Shown in pieces: positions 26,446 through 40,482 of a stretch of 64,000 nucleotides of DNA (within the stretch, counting starts at the first letter, position 1; each line of letters starts with the position of its first letter). The stretch is taken from contig NC_058382.1 of the NCBI RefSeq assembly GCF_018350175.1, positions 57,910,001 to 57,974,000 on the forward strand, given 5' to 3'. Under the pieces are notes generated by a model. It was not told the DNA's origin. It was given only the letters and a program-made list of their open reading frames with translations, and did no database searches. The position numbers and the translations under genes were made by a program. The DNA is from Felis catus. Its lineage: Eukaryota.

Positions 26446-26660
26446 TTTTATTTTTTTTCAACGTTTATTTATTTTTGGGACAGAGAGAGACAGAGCATGA
26501 ACAGGGGAGGGGCAGAGAGACAGGGAGACACAGAATCGGAAACAGGCTCCAGGCCCCGAGCCGTCAGCCCAGAGCCCGGCGGGGGCTCGAACTCACGGAC
26601 CGCGAGATCGTGACCTGGCTGAAGTCGGACGCTTAACCGACTGCGCCACCCAGGCGCCCC
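26446..26660 (-). mobile_element. Young Can-SINE
   Basis: Near-consensus; perfect 17-bp TSD TTCACCCCCATTTTAAA. Confidence 0.95.
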
Positions 26661-27137
26661 TTCACCCCCATTTTAAAGACAATTGGAAACTGCATCCAAA
26701 CCCGCTACTGGCCTAAGGTCCACACCTGCCCGTGACCCAGAAATTCCACCCCGAGACCTTCAACAAGAGCGCACGTGGACACCAAGAGCTGGTAAGCCAC
26801 ACCGGAAACAGGTCAGATGTGCAGGGACAGGGCGAGCGCGCTGTGCCCCTCGTGGGGCAGGGTCCTGTCCCTCCACAGAGAGGAAGGGATGACAGGGTCC
26901 CACGGGGCCTCGGAACAATCTCAGAAACCCGACGCGGAGTGAAGGAACCCAGACCCGAGAGTGCGGGTGGCTCCGTTTGTACGAAGTTCTCTAAAAGCCA
27001 GACGTGCAGTGACAGAGAGCAGATCAGCGCTTTTCAGGGGCCGGGGAGGGGCACCAGGCAAGATTTCGGGGGTGACGGAAGTGTCATTTGGATGGGGGCG
27101 GCGGCCACACAGGTGTATACGGGTGTCAACCTTGACT

Positions 27138-27158
27138 TATTTTTTTAAGTTTATTTAT

Positions 27159-27197
<39 letters not shown>

Positions 27198-27321
27198 CCC
27201 GAGCAGGCTCCGCACTGTCAGCTCGGAGCTGGGTGTGGGGCTGGTATTCACAAAGCGTGAGGTCATGACCCGAGCTGAAATCAAGTGTCAGCGCTTGGCT
27301 GACTGGGCCCCCCAGGCGCCC
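27138..27321 (-). mobile_element. Can-SINE
   Basis: Reverse-complement consensus with (GA)n. Confidence 0.88.
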
Positions 27322-28089
27322 TTGAACTTACTGGAAACGGATCCATTTTAGAATCGGCTCAAGAAAAGCAGCCGTGTGTCCCTGCCCCCACACCCACAGT
27401 CCTTCCTGGCCCCACTCTGGCCCCCATTCTCCGGACGGGGCAGGCTGGGCCCCTTTATTCTGCCCGGAGTCTGAGTTTGCTGAGCCCGCGGGGCCGGCAC
27501 GTAGGAGGCCCTGCTGCCCGAGGCTTGTGACCCCCCTGATATACCCTGGATGGAGCGTGCAGCCCAGATCCGGAGGCTCCGTGTAGAACCCGGGCCCGAG
27601 GCCGCACCCTCCCTGGGACCGGTGGCCAGGCCTCCGTCTGGACCCTGGGGGCCTGACCCCCGGCATTCTTCACGCTGGTGGTGTAGACATGTCCGCACGG
27701 CGGGGCGGTCAGCCCGGCGGCACCTGCTGAGGCGCATCACTTCCCCCTGGCGGGTCCACGGCCACTCCCTCTCCACCTGGAAAGGAGGAAACTGAGGCTC
27801 CGAGAGGTGCTGTCCGTTGACCCGGGTCTGTCAGCGGGCGAAGGCAGAGCCGGAGTTCTGACGTGCAAGGAATCGGCCCAAGCAAGTGTGGGTCAGAACG
27901 TACAATGCTGATGTCAGGGGCGGTCTGGGCGGCCGGGGCACCCGCAGTCTCGGGTCACCGCCCCCGGGACGGCCCCAGGGTCTACTCCAGCTGCTCCCCC
28001 AGCAAGGGGCCGATTCGAGGTGATGCGGGTGACAGGCTGGCAAGGGCCGTGGGCAGGTCTCTGTCAGGGAGGTGCTGGGTCTCCGTGCA

Positions 28090-28450
28090 TGTGTGTGTGT
28101 GTGTGTGTGTGTGTCTGTTTCTGTCTCTCCCCGTGTCTGTTGTCTGTATCTCTGACTCTGTGTTTCACCATGTAGGTGAGGTCGTTTTGTCTGTCTGTGC
28201 ACCCACGTCTGTCTTCGGATGTCTCTGTGTCTCTCTGTTTCTGTCCATCTCTGTCTCTGTATCTGTCTCGTTTTGTTTCTGTACCTCCTACTGTCTCTTT
28301 GTTTCTGTTCTCTCTCTCTCTGCCTCGGTCTTTGAGGAGTGTCTGCCTTTCCCTGACTGTCTCTCTCTGGTGTCTGTTTCTGTCTCTCTGTAGCTCTGTC
28401 TCTCTCTGTAGCTCTCTGTCTCTGCCTCTCTCTGGTGTCTCTGTCTGCTT
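28090..28450. repeat. (TG)n followed by TC/TCTG low-complexity tract
   Basis: Direct reading. Confidence 0.9.
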
Positions 28451-30952
28451 CTGGCTCTGGTGGGAAGAAAGCCCTTCTCAGGGCGGGGACCCGAAGGAGG
28501 GGAGGGGCCTGCCCTGACCTGGCGCGGCTCCTTCCCAGGCCGGCTCTGGCGCCTGTGGGCCGGTGGGAAGAGGCATTCGGCCCAGGGAGGCCAGGGCCTG
28601 GCAGGCAGGCCTTTAACCGGGACGGGCCCTCCCGCTCCCCGCCCCCCTGCAGCTGGCTGCCTTTCCCTCTCCCTGTGTTTCCAGGGCCCTGAGCACTGGA
28701 GGGAAGGCCCTGCGTCCGTTTCAAGGGCTCCCACTCTGCGTGTCCTGGGGCCCTTTGGGAGGGGGTGTCCAGGCCCGGGCCCCACCCCCTGGTGCAGCCT
28801 CTGGCCTGCCTTGTCCCCTCATGGGACCTTCCCAGTCGAGTGCCCACCATCCTCCCCGTCCTGTCTCCCCTTCTTCGCCCCTGTCTGGATGAGCTGCTGG
28901 GGAGCCCCCAACAGCTTTGAGGACTGAGGCCATTGGCAGGACCCCAGAGGTCAGAGGCTCCCCCGCCCCAACCCGGGCAGGGCTGGCCGAACCGGACTCC
29001 AGAGCCACCAGCCCGCCCAGAATAGCTAACTATTCAAAAAGACAGAGCCCAGCGGGCCGGACGTAGCTTCGGAGGTGACCGACCTGAATTCTCGGCCTAT
29101 GTCAGTTACTGTGTGTCTCCAGGTTCAAGGTCGTCGTCTCCCAGGGAGGCTGAGACCACAGCCCGTGGCCGCACAGATGTCCGCAGTAAACGTCAGCCAA
29201 TCATTCCCCACCGACCATCCTGCCTGGCAAGGGCAGTGCTGTGCCGGAGCACCTGCCCTTTGATGGGAGGGCCGGAGGGCAGGTACGAGCGAGCTCAGGG
29301 CTCTCAGTGCCTCCTCACGAAGCGCTCTTGCAACGGAGACTTGTGAGAATCAGCACGCACTGACGAGCCGCTGTGCATCCCGGGCTCTGTGTCAGGCTCC
29401 TGGGGTTCCTTCCAGGCAGGCAGTTCCCACCCGGAAGCCCCCACCAAGGGCTCTCCGCGCGTCCCTTGGTCCAGTGTGGGGGAGGTACGCGGCCTGGCGG
29501 GAAGCAAGGGGTCAGGCCGGGCCGGCTGCCTGGAGGAAGGGGCCTGCGAGGGGGCAGAGAGTAGCACAGGGTAGAACGCTGTAACTGTGGCTCCTGCCCG
29601 GCCTCCCTCCCTGCCTCGGGTGGGTCAGAAGCTGCACGCGTCCCCTCCCCCCACCCCCGCCCCAGCGTCCCCCCGGCGGCCTGGCCCTGGCGGCCACACA
29701 CCAGGGTCCCAGCAGCTGGGAGGGTGACAGCTGGGCCCTGCCCTGGTGACAGGTTCCAACATGTTCCCTTCCAGGGTGGAGGCAGATTCAGAGAGGAAGG
29801 AGGAGGGGCCCCTCAGAGGGTCGAGGTGGGGCAGCTGGGGATCCAAGGGACTCGGGTCTGTGTCTGGGCTTGCCCCGCGCCTGCTGGCAAAACCCTTAGC
29901 GTGTCCCTTCCCCCATCTGCAAAGGGCCGATGATCGTGACCCCGCGCAAGGTTGTTCCAAGAATAAAATAAAAGTCTGTGATGCGGAAGCTGAGTGAAAG
30001 GACCAGCCCGTAGCCCCCAGGGTGGTGACCTTTCATACCACCGCTCTGAGAAGTGGGGACGTTGAGGCTCAGAGAGTTTCACTCTCTCAGGTGTTCAGGG
30101 GCAGGGCTGGGGAACTCTGTGAAATTTTGCTGTCTATATGGCGTCTCCCCGCTGGATTTATAGGCTCCCCGAGGCCTTATTTCTGCAGCCGGCAGGGAGC
30201 CCAGTTGATAAACGGGGAATCAATGAGCGAATCGACCGATGTTAAGCTGTGTGATCCCCTTTGCCTCTCTGGGCCTGCCTTTCAGTATCTGTCAGGTAAA
30301 GGACGGGTGCGCCCAGCTCTGAAAAGCTTTTAGGCTAAACTCCGGGAACGCAGTGCGGAGAACTGCAGGTCAGGGCCTGAGCACGGGGACTTTCCAAGGT
30401 CCCTGGTCATTTTTAGCCTCCCTCCTAGGGGACAAGCGACCCGCGATCTGTCCTCTGCCCGGCCCGCGCTCAGCGAGTTCTTTTTCTGGCTGTATGAACT
30501 CAGGCCGCGTGCGCAGCCAAAGTTAAACTCAAGAGGGCTGGACACGTGGCTTGGGTGGGGAGTCGGAACAGATGGCAGGCCACCTGTCGGAGGGGTGGCT
30601 GTGGAACAGCGGCTCCCACCCAGTGGCCCCTCTGCCGCCTGCCCCCCCCCCCCACCCTCCCACCTGCCTCTCGGCCTGTCTCTCCTCCTCCCTGGGCTCC
30701 GCGCCCCCCTGCATCCTACAGGCCTACGCTGGTGGGGAAGCCAGCATTTCCTTAGAGCCTGCTCCTCAGAGGCTGGAGGGACAGCGAAACTCAGGCGAAC
30801 AAAGCCAAGGGGGCTTGGGTCACCCCCAGAAAAGACCCGAGCGGGGCCGTGTGCCCATCTGCTCCTGAGTCTCCCCACACCCCTGACCCACCACTGCCCC
30901 CCCAGAGTGAAATGTCACCAAGTCTGTGGGCATTTAAAGATTTGAGGCTCCC

Positions 30953-31152
30953 AGGGCGCCTGGGGGACCCCGTCAGTTAAGCATCCGACTTCAGCTCAGG
31001 TCATGATCTCACGGTTCGTGGGTTCGAGCCCCGCGTTGGGCTCTGTGCTGACAGCTCGGAGCCTGGAGCCTGCTTTGGATTCTGTGTCTCCCTCTCCCTC
31101 TGCCCCTCCCCGGCTCACCCTCTGTCTCTCTCAAAAGTAAACATCAAAAATT
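30953..31152 (+). mobile_element. Can-SINE
   Basis: Consensus; TSD TTTAAAGATTTGA(G/A)GCTCC. Confidence 0.92.
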
Positions 31153-32033
31153 TTTTAAAGATTTGAAGCTCCTATTATTTAAAAAAAAAATCACAAACCA
31201 ATATATATGCACGGTTCATGGTAGAAACCTTTGAAAATACAAAGCACCTATGAACAAAAAGAAGGAAACCACCACCTGTAGAAGGAAGCCACCCCCCTGG
31301 CAGGTGCATCCACTCTCGGTGTCCTGTCTTCTTTCCGTCGACGCGCAGATCGTGTTTTCCAAGCTTTTGCTCTCGCAGTATCGGTGTAATCCTCCCCATC
31401 AACAGTGAGGCTACCGTGGCAATCATTTGGGACGCCCGTGTCTTTCCCCGGGACTCAGCCCCTCATCGGAAATGCCAAAATCGCAAAAGATCGAGGAACG
31501 AAGTTTGCGCGGAACCCGATCGGTCACAGAGATCTGCCCTGAACTGACGTGAGGCCGTTGATAGCCTCTGTTTCCCTGCCTCAGCGCGAAGGTGCACATG
31601 TTTTGCTGTAGAAACATCCGTGGGTTTGGTTCAAGGTGTTGCGTCGGACCCCACTGAGGTGCGCGGTAACACTGTGCAGGGTTAGCCGCGGAGTTGTGGA
31701 TTCCGGAACTCGTCTGGTGGCACGGAGGTGTGCTCTTGGGTTTTAACTGGGCGGATGTGTTGGGAGCTTGGCGTTTGCTGGGTGTGCCCTCTCTGCTGGT
31801 GTTTTGTATGTGATACTCACGTCAACACCGAGAGAGGGCACTGTGTCCTGCTCACAGGTGGAAACACGGAGGCTCAGGGGGTCAGAGTTGAACCCAGATC
31901 CTTGGCTACCAAGTTCAAGCACGTACTGCCTCCCTGCCTCCCTCCCTGCTCTTTCCCGATACGATCTGAGACCCAGGGATATCAGTGTTTTCCTTTCTTT
32001 AAAAAAAAAAAAAAAGTGTAAACCTGTTTTGCT

Positions 32034-32471
32034 TTAAAAAAAATTTTTTTTTCAACGTTTATTTATTTTTGGGACAGAGAGAGACAGAGCATGAACGGGG
32101 GAGGGGCAGAGAGAGAGGGAGACACAGAATCGGAAACAGGCTCCAGGCTCCGAGCCATCAGCCCAGAGCCCGACGCGGGGCTCGAACTCCCGGACCGCGA
32201 GATCGTGACCTGGCTGAAGTCGGACGCTTCACCGACTGCGCCACCCAGGCGCCCCAATGTTTTTCTTTTAAAAGTTTATTTAATTTTGGGAGAGAGTGAG
32301 TGGAGGAGGGTCAGTGAGAGAGAGAGAGAGGGAGAGAGCGAGAATCCCAAGCAGCCTTTATGCTGTCAGCAGAGAGCTCGGCACGGGGCTCGAACGCGTG
32401 AACCTCAAGATCATGACCTGAGCCACAAATCAAGAGTTGGACGCTTAACTGACTGAGCCGCCCGGGTGCCC
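32034..32471 (-). mobile_element. Two adjacent Can-SINEs (32034-32255 young; 32261-32471 older)
   Basis: Two reverse-complement consensus bodies. Confidence 0.92.
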
Positions 32472-33109
32472 CTGATATCTGTGTTTTTCGAACTGTGGTC
32501 CGTGCCCCCTGCCTCGGGGGTCCCCGGATACTCCAGGCATCAGCTTGCCAAGCAGACTCGTGGCGATCCTGGGGCTCTCAAGGTGGAGACTTTCTGCCCT
32601 GCGCCCCGGAGACTGGGGTCAAGGGAAATGCTGTCCATGATAATGGGGGCTCGGGGGCTCCAAGGTCTCTGTTTTGTCTCAGTTTTTGCCTCTGCACCCC
32701 GCTGCCAGATGCATGTCAACACCGCCGGTTCAGGAGCCCCAAGTCTCTGGAGCAGCCCGAGGACTACCGGGCATGCCCTGTTGGCCTCAAAGTCATGGCT
32801 GGGAATGGGCTCTTCAAACCCAAGCCATTAATTTTGGGTCACAGAGCTCAGTTCAGAAGCTACCTCTCCTGCCCACTCCCTCCTCGGAGCCTGGCCTTCT
32901 TGCATATTTCAGGGACACAGGACAAAGGTCCCATGTGAGCACAGCCACCCCCCTCCCTGTGCTTCTCTTCAGAAGAATAGTTGTATCTTTTATCTTAATT
33001 CAGCCTGTCCGTCTTCCCTTGCCGCTTTCCCTTTTTTCTAGGAGTAAATTCTTCCTTCCTCCCACCAGCAACTCATCTATCCGTCATCCCTCCTCTTTCC
33101 TTCCCTCTG

Positions 33110-33378
33110 TCCATCCATCCATCCATCTATCCATCCATCCAACCATCCATCCACCCATGCACACATCCATTCATTCATCCTGGTACCCAGTAGGTGCTCA
33201 ATAAATCATAGTTGAACGAATGAATGAACGATGAGTTTCTCCAAGCGGTCTATCTAGTGACCTTATGAGAAAGGGGGAAAAAAAAGATTCACCTAGAATA
33301 AGTGATTCTGATTGGATGAATTCCTCACATCTCTCCTCATCCATCCATCCATCCATCCATCCATCCATCCATCCATCC
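33110..33378. repeat. Two (TCCA)n tracts associated with L2 3' ends
   Basis: (CCAT)n at ~33111-33180 and ~33339-33378, next to GTAGGTGCTCAATAAAT and CTTACTGAGTGCC. Confidence 0.8.
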
Positions 33379-36089
33379 GTGCATTCTTCAGCAAATGCTT
33401 ACTGAGTGCCCCGTCAGTGCTGGGCGTTATGCTAGGTTCTGGTGTTAGAGATACAGTGTTGAACAACAACAAATGTCTGGCCCTTACTCTCACGGAGCTT
33501 GCAAATTTGGCGGGGTGGGGGAGACAGATGTTAATCGAATAACCACACTCATGAATTCACAACTGCGAACAGCACTAAGTGCCCAGAAGGAAAAGAAATC
33601 ACCTAGCATATCCCAGCGGTTCCTGAGCCAGGCCTGAGGACCAGAGAGGGCGCCCGTGAGGTCTAGACCCTCCCTCAGGAACCCAAAGATGAACCGGGCA
33701 CCATCAGGAAAAGGACACCGCCCCAGGTGGCTCAGGAGAGGGAATTAAATGAAGGGACCTGGTTACAAAAGTGATAAGCCGGTTGTAAGAGGAGCAGGAG
33801 ATTAGGAACCACAGAGAGCTGCTGTCACCTCCCCCCTCCCCGCCCGGGCTGGAGGGACAGAGAGGAGTGTTACTGGAGCCACAGCAGAAATATGCCCTTT
33901 CTGGAGACACTGCCCGAAGCAGAGAGGGAGAGATGTGGAGAGGGGAGAGAGGAGAGAAGAAGAGAAAGGAAGAAATGCCCGGCCTCTCTCTCTGTCCGTC
34001 CCTGGGTCTCCCTCCAGGGCCTCCATTGGCTGAACCTAGCGGGTAGTCACACGGCGGGGGAAGCTGGGGTATGGGGTTTGCAGGGCCCGCCCGCAGAGCA
34101 GGAGAAGGGTGAGGAACGGCTTATGTCTGGCACAGGCAGGAATTAAACAGGCACAGAGGGGAGGGAAGCAAGTTCCCGTTCCCGACAACCGCGACAGCAC
34201 GTGCAAAGGCCCTGTGAGGCAAAGCGCGTAGTGCCTCCTAGAAAGGCCAAAGCACCGGGAGGGCGGAAGTGGCCAAGCGGAGTCCTCGGGTTTCCGGGGG
34301 GACCTGCTCAGGCTCCGGCAAAGAGGGGGTCTGACCACCTGAGAGCCATGAAACCTGAGAAGGAGGTTTTAGGTAGGAGGGAGGCCGCGGCCGGATTTGT
34401 ACTTTTGAAAAGATCACGCGGGCTCCAGCGGAGAGGAGAGCAGATGTGAGGCGCCCCCAGAGGGGAAGCAGGGGGGAGGCCTCTGCTGCCCCTCCCCCAA
34501 CCTCGGCTTCCACCCCGAGCCAGGGCCCCCCCCCCCCCCCCGACTCCTCCCCACCCTCTGGCCGCACGCACCCGGCCGCTTCCTATAATGCGATGTTCTC
34601 TTCCTTGACCATGTGTTTGCCTTGCTCTTAGATCTTTGCCCCCGGAAGTGGCCTCCCGCTCAGCCCGCCTCACCCGCCCCCTTCCCCTCCGCTAAGCCCC
34701 CCCAGCTGCCCACAGCCCGGGCCGGGGTGCCAGCCACCACGCCACCTGTTCATGGCCGTTTTCCCCTCTCCAGCGGCTCGGCTTTCAGGCCCGATAAATA
34801 TTAATGGCCGTGCAGGGTCGCGGGTGGCCCCACAGGGAGATAGTCTTTCTGGAAGGCGCGTCAGGGTGCCCAGCCCGAGTTGCCGCGGGACCCCGGGGGC
34901 CTGATCCGGCCTCCTGCCTGCCCCCCCCACCTGCACCCCTTCGGGGGGCGAGCCCCGGGGTCCCGAGCAAGGCCTGGGGTCAGGAAGGAATACTGGAGCT
35001 CCTGGACAAGGGCACCTCGGCCTCGAAACCATCAACTCGCCTTTCCCGAGGGCTTGGAAGAGCTTTCAGCTGAGAGGGCCCCCCCGACGCCGCGTGCGTG
35101 CGGCCTGGAAAGAGCCAGGTCCCCGGGCCTCGGCCCCTCCACCTGTTAAATAGACGGGGTGGGCTGGAGAAGGTCCCAAGCCTCAGCTTTCCGAAAATGC
35201 ATACTTCTTCAAGGCAGGAGCCATTCGGGGAGCAGCCGGGGAGAAACAGACGGTCCCTCCCGTACCTTCCGCGGGGGCGGTGCGTCTGTATTCAGAGGGG
35301 CTCCGGTCGCCGCACGGCAGTTTGGGGAAGCGGGCGCCGTCGTTCCCCACACGCGTGTGCGCTCGGAGGTGTGGCTCCGTTCAGCCGCTTGCCCGGGGCC
35401 GCGCAGAGAGTAAGTGGCAGGGCTGAGATTTCCATTCTAGGTGCTGACATCCAGTGGGGACGTAGCGTCGTGCTTGGGAGGGTGGGCCCTGGGGCCTGGG
35501 TTCCAGCTCTGTCCCTTAGAAGCTGTGTGATCTCGGGCAAGTGGCTCCGCGTCTCTGGGCCTCACTCTCCTCATGTACGAAGTGGGAATAACCGTAGCCC
35601 AGCCCGCCCCACCCCCCGAAATACGCTTTGAATCCCGGGGGGAGCAGAGTCAGGACTCCAAGTGGGAACTGGGGACTGTAAGTCACTGTTCCTGGTGAGC
35701 GCCGTCCTCTCGACAGCTGGAATGTTCTAAATCATTCTAAGACCTGGGCAGATTGGAATTTTAAAATGTGTTTCCCCTTTTAGAGCAAGCCATGCCGGAG
35801 TATTTCTGGCCTCTGAAAGGAATACAGTTTCAGAGCTGGGTCCGAGAAACCACGCGTGCTAACACAACCCAAGGAAAACACCGACCCCTGGGCCCTTGTC
35901 CTTTGCGGCCCGTGTGGGCTTCGTGGGGGCTGCCGGGCAGGGAGACGGCACACGGGGTCGGGCTGGCGAGTGGGCGGCTGAGATCGGGGGCGGGGGGGGG
36001 GGGAGCCAGGGAGCCCCGGGTGTGCCGTAAGCCACCCCCAACGCGGTTTCCGACATCTCGGTACGCACAAACGTCCTGGGGCCTGCACT

Positions 36090-36915
36090 CGTGCGCCCAG
36101 AGACACGGTATGAGTGTTCAACAAAAGCCGTGGGCCAGAACGTTCAGAGAAGCTCTGTTCGTGTCAGCCTGGGACAGGACCCAGCCGAAAGCTCGTCTAG
36201 AGCGGTAACGGGTGACGGGCGCCTGGAGGGGGGGCTCGGTCGGTTGAGCGTCTGACTCTTGATGTTGGCTCAGGCCACGATCTCACGGTCTGTGGGATCG
36301 AGCCCCGCGTCACACTCTGTGCTGACAGCACGGGGCCCGTTTGGGATTCTCTCTCTCTCTCTCTGTGTCTCTCTCTCTCTCCGCCCCTCTCCCACCCCTT
36401 TTTCTCTCAAAACAACTAAACTTAGAAAGAGAGTGGAACGGATCAGTTACGGCATCGTCACCGACGGAATACTATATAGCAAACAAAAGAAAAGAACAAG
36501 AGAGAGAAGACTCCAGTACGCCTCCAGGAGAAAGCAGACAGGGGTTTCCCAGACATAATACCGAGCCCAAAGCCAGACTCAAAGAGGACGTATGACATAC
36601 TTCTATTTATATAAGGTACAAAGACAGTCCTTATGCTAAGTGAAAGAAGTCGGGCACAAAGGAGCACAGAGTAGACAATTGCGCTTAACTCGGAGCGTTC
36701 CGGGCAGGCAAACCCACAGAGACACAGCCGATTAGGGGTTGCCAGGGGGCTGGGGTGGGCGGGAGGGGATGGATAAAGGGTACGGAGCTTCTCTGGGGGG
36801 GTGGTGAAAATGTTCCGAAGGTGGCCGTGGTGGTACACACGTCAACGTGCTAAAAGCCACTGAGTTGGGCGATTGTGTGGCGTGAGAATCACGCCGCAAT
36901 AAAGCTGCTAAAAAG
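36090..36915 (+). mobile_element. Old L1 3' end interrupted by a Can-SINE (36217-36430)
   Basis: GGAATACTAT...ATGCTAAGTGAAAGAAG...GGTTGCCAGGGG...CAATAAAGCTG motifs. Confidence 0.75.
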
Positions 36916-39900
36916 GTAACAAACCGGTGTGGTGTTGGAAGCCAGGACGCCCGGGGCTCTGGCCGTGGGTCTTTACCCTTGGTGGGGGGCGGGGCCCGGA
37001 AGGGACACAAGGGGCGGGGCTCCGGGGAGGCTGGACCTGCCTTCTTTCTGGGTGCTGGTCACACAGATGTGCTCGGTTTGCGAACCTCCCGCAAGCGGTC
37101 CCCATTCGGTGATGCCCGCTTTTCAGGGCCGCGCGGCAGCGAGAGGTGTTTAGAAAGAAGCCCCCGGGGTTAGGACTAGACACGTGCGTCGGCCTCGCTT
37201 CTCGTCCCCATCGTGCGTCCGGCACCAACCGACCACAGAAGTGAAAGACCAGGGCAGGCGGGCTGGCGGGCCGGCCTTCGGTGACTCAGAGCAGCTGGAA
37301 AGAATCTGTCGCTGCTGGCCGCCAGCCCCCGCCCCCCGTTAGCCAGCGCCCAGGACCTGCCGCAGCCCCCCGAGTGTTCCGGGCCTGAGGGTGAGGGAGC
37401 CGGGCTGGGTGGGGCCCCCGGCGGAGCCATAGACAGGACTCGAAGGCGTCCAGGAAGCGCTGGCCGTTAGCCTCTCTGGCGGCACCCGGCGAGGGACAAG
37501 GGTGCCTTTATTGCAGAGGATCGGGGAGGCCGGCCGGCCGGCCAGGAGCTGGGCACACGGCAGCGCGGACGAGAGCAAGACTCCGAGGCCACTTCCCAGC
37601 CCTGTGACCTTGGGGACGTGCTAAGCCTTAGTGTCCTCATCAGTACAATCGGGTGACAAGAGTGCCTATTTTCTGGCCTGTCACGGAGGCTGCACCGGCT
37701 CGTGAAGTCAGCCTGGAATCCAGCACACCTCAGCGGCCAGCGTGGCACCCTGGGGGACACGGGCTGGTTGGCGTGAGCGCCTCCCGCAAGCCACGCACCC
37801 CTGAGGCGGCTCGTCTGTTCCTAGCCCTTCTGTTCCCAGCCCTCCCCCTCCCCCTCCCGGTGCCCTACCTTCTCGGGGAAACCTCCCTGACCTGGAAGGC
37901 TGGCAGCTAACCACATAAATGATGGCTGTGGATTCTGTGCAGCAGACCAGGGGTCTGCAGAGAACCCAGCAGCCCGGGAGCGTCTGAGTTCACTCGAGAT
38001 TTATGTGGAGTGTTTGTCCCCGCATCCCCAGCCGCGGGGCCAGCCTGGCGATCGTTCATCAAAGGGGTTTTACGAGGCCCCGGGAGTTCCTGGCAACAGC
38101 CTTGGGTTTCGAGACGGAGGGGGTCGGGGGGATGGTGTCACCCAAGGGGAGACTGGGCTGTTTGCTCCCGGATTCTTCTTCCTGGTGGACGGGAACCACG
38201 CGAGGCTTTAAAGGGCACCCGATTCTGCTCTTGGGACGTGCACCCCCACGCACGGGCGCCTCACTGGAGAATGCAGGCAGTGTTTACTTTGGTTTTTAAC
38301 GAAGCGCTTTGCAGCTTTCCGGGGCGCATCTATCTGCACAGGGGTCTCGGGCCCCCGCCACGGGAAGGTCGCCCGGCCCCCTCCACTCCCCAAAGCTCTT
38401 GTATTAGAAAAACAAGGGGCGCTAAGACAGGGTCACCCAACATGCTGTGCGTTTTTAATGTTTACTGGCCCGCGTCGAAAGTACAAGGAAATTTCACTAT
38501 GAGGGCCTGTGCCTCTGGGCCTCAGTGTCCCTGTGTCTCAAATGGAGAGGACGATTCCCGCTCTTCCTCCCCCCGCCCCCCCCCCCACTGCTATGTCATG
38601 TGAGCTAACGGGTGTGAAACGGCTCATAAGCCCGAGGCCCCCATAAATCCCGGGGATTTTTTTTTATTGTTAATGGTTGCATTCCTTCCGTCTGAGGAGG
38701 ACAGACTTCTGCCGGTGGCCTGCCATGTTTAAAGCTCTTTCTGAGAATGGCAGAAAAGTGCTTGCTTCATTCTTGGGGGGTGGGGGGAGGAGAAAGAAAG
38801 AAAAAAAAAAAAACCAGGGCAGTCAGATGATAAATTTTGTTTTCCTGGTCCCCAGTGAGCCAGAGGCCAAACACAGCCTCTGAAATAGCCAAGACAGGCC
38901 AGCCTGCAGAAGGAAACAGCCCTGGGAGGGGTGCTTGAAACACACACATTGCAGTTTCGAGGGAGGACCCAAAGGGCAAAGGCCCCGGGGAGAAGGGGGG
39001 AGGCTGGGCGCCTGGAACGGACTCGGCCTCCATTGCCGGCCCCCGCGGGGGGAGCGGGACGCTGGCAGCCGGCAGGAGCGGCCGGGCAATTCTGGAACTT
39101 GGAAGGCCTGGTGAGGTTTTGGCATCCGAAGGTCAAGCACCGACGGAGCCCCAGCCACGTCCCTGGCCTTGTGACACCGCGCGACAGCACAGGGGAAGCC
39201 ACGCAGGTTCGGCCCCAGTGGGAACAGCAGGCCCGGAGGCAGATGCACAAAATAACGTGTGATAAGTGCCCAGAGCCTGGAAAGTCGCCTCGCCGGCAGG
39301 GTGAGGGCAGATTCCTGTGGTTTCTGGGCCAAGACAACCCCACAGGAAGCTGCGAATCTGAGATGCGCCCAGATGTTCCAAGCTGACGGCCTTCTGGTCT
39401 CCTTCAGAACCAAGGTGGGGCGCTTTCTCGCCGTCTGTCCGTCCGCAGGACCGGCTCTGCCCTTGAGCACCTGTCGCTGCTTGGAAGCCCACCGCCCCCC
39501 CCACGCCCTGGGATGGAAGATGGGGAGTGCGGGCAGTGGTTCACGGGGTCCGGGGGGAGATGGGGACCCTCTTTCCCGCTGCAGGGAGGCCATGTGCTCA
39601 GAGCGGGAGCAGGGACGTGGCTCTGCTGGGGCCGGGAGGCTGTGGCTCCCAAGTGAGGTTAATACAAGGGGGCCTCGACGCGTCTCATCTGGCACGTGCC
39701 CGCCTGTTTGCGTCCAGACGGGGACCCATCAGGGCCTCAGTTGCCCCGGGTGTGAAACGGGGAACACACGTGAGGCACCGGAGGCCATCCCTGCCCCGAC
39801 GCACCAGCGCCTTTGGACTCAGGAGAAAGCTCGTCTTCTTAGCTAACAGCCAGGGAGCTGCAAGGTGCCTGGGCTCTAGCTCAGCTGCACCAGGCTGTGC

Positions 39901-40425
39901 GACCTTGGGCCTTGACGTGTCTTCCCTGCGTCTCTGTCTCCTCGCCTGTAAACCGGGGGTACGGGACAACCTACCTCACAGGCTGGTCGCACAAATTTGG
40001 TGAGTTTACATCTGTAAGGCACAGGTCCCGGTGAGAGTCACATTCCACCAATGTGTCCAAACACAGTTATCTCCGGGTCCGTGGAGAGCGTGTTTCACCT
40101 GGATTGTCCCAGTTCACCCCCCTCCCAGCCCTCCGGGACAAGCCATTTTTTTATCCCTGTTTTGCAGATGGGCAAACTGAGGCTCAGAGAGGCGAAGTCG
40201 CAGACCAAGGCCATACGAGTAACTGTCACACCGTGCCAACAGCCCCACTCCTCGGTCACCCACCCACAGATGGCCAACCATCATCACCTGCCTTTTCCCT
40301 CTGGTCTGTGGTCACCTGCTTCCTGGTTGCTGAGATGTGTGCCGGGGGACTTTCCTGAGTCACTGGTCATTGAGGGAAACAAAAACATCCAGCTGGATGC
40401 CTCCCTCCTCCCACCCCGGGTCCAC

Positions 40426-40427
<2 letters not shown>

Positions 40428-40479
<52 letters not shown>
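40428..40479. repeat. (CA)n microsatellite
   Basis: Direct reading. Confidence 0.95.

Positions 40480-40482
<3 letters not shown>

Noticed and set aside
27831..28850. 339-aa minus ORF rich in R/E/T/Q
   Set aside because: It is the translation of a TC/TG low-complexity tract.
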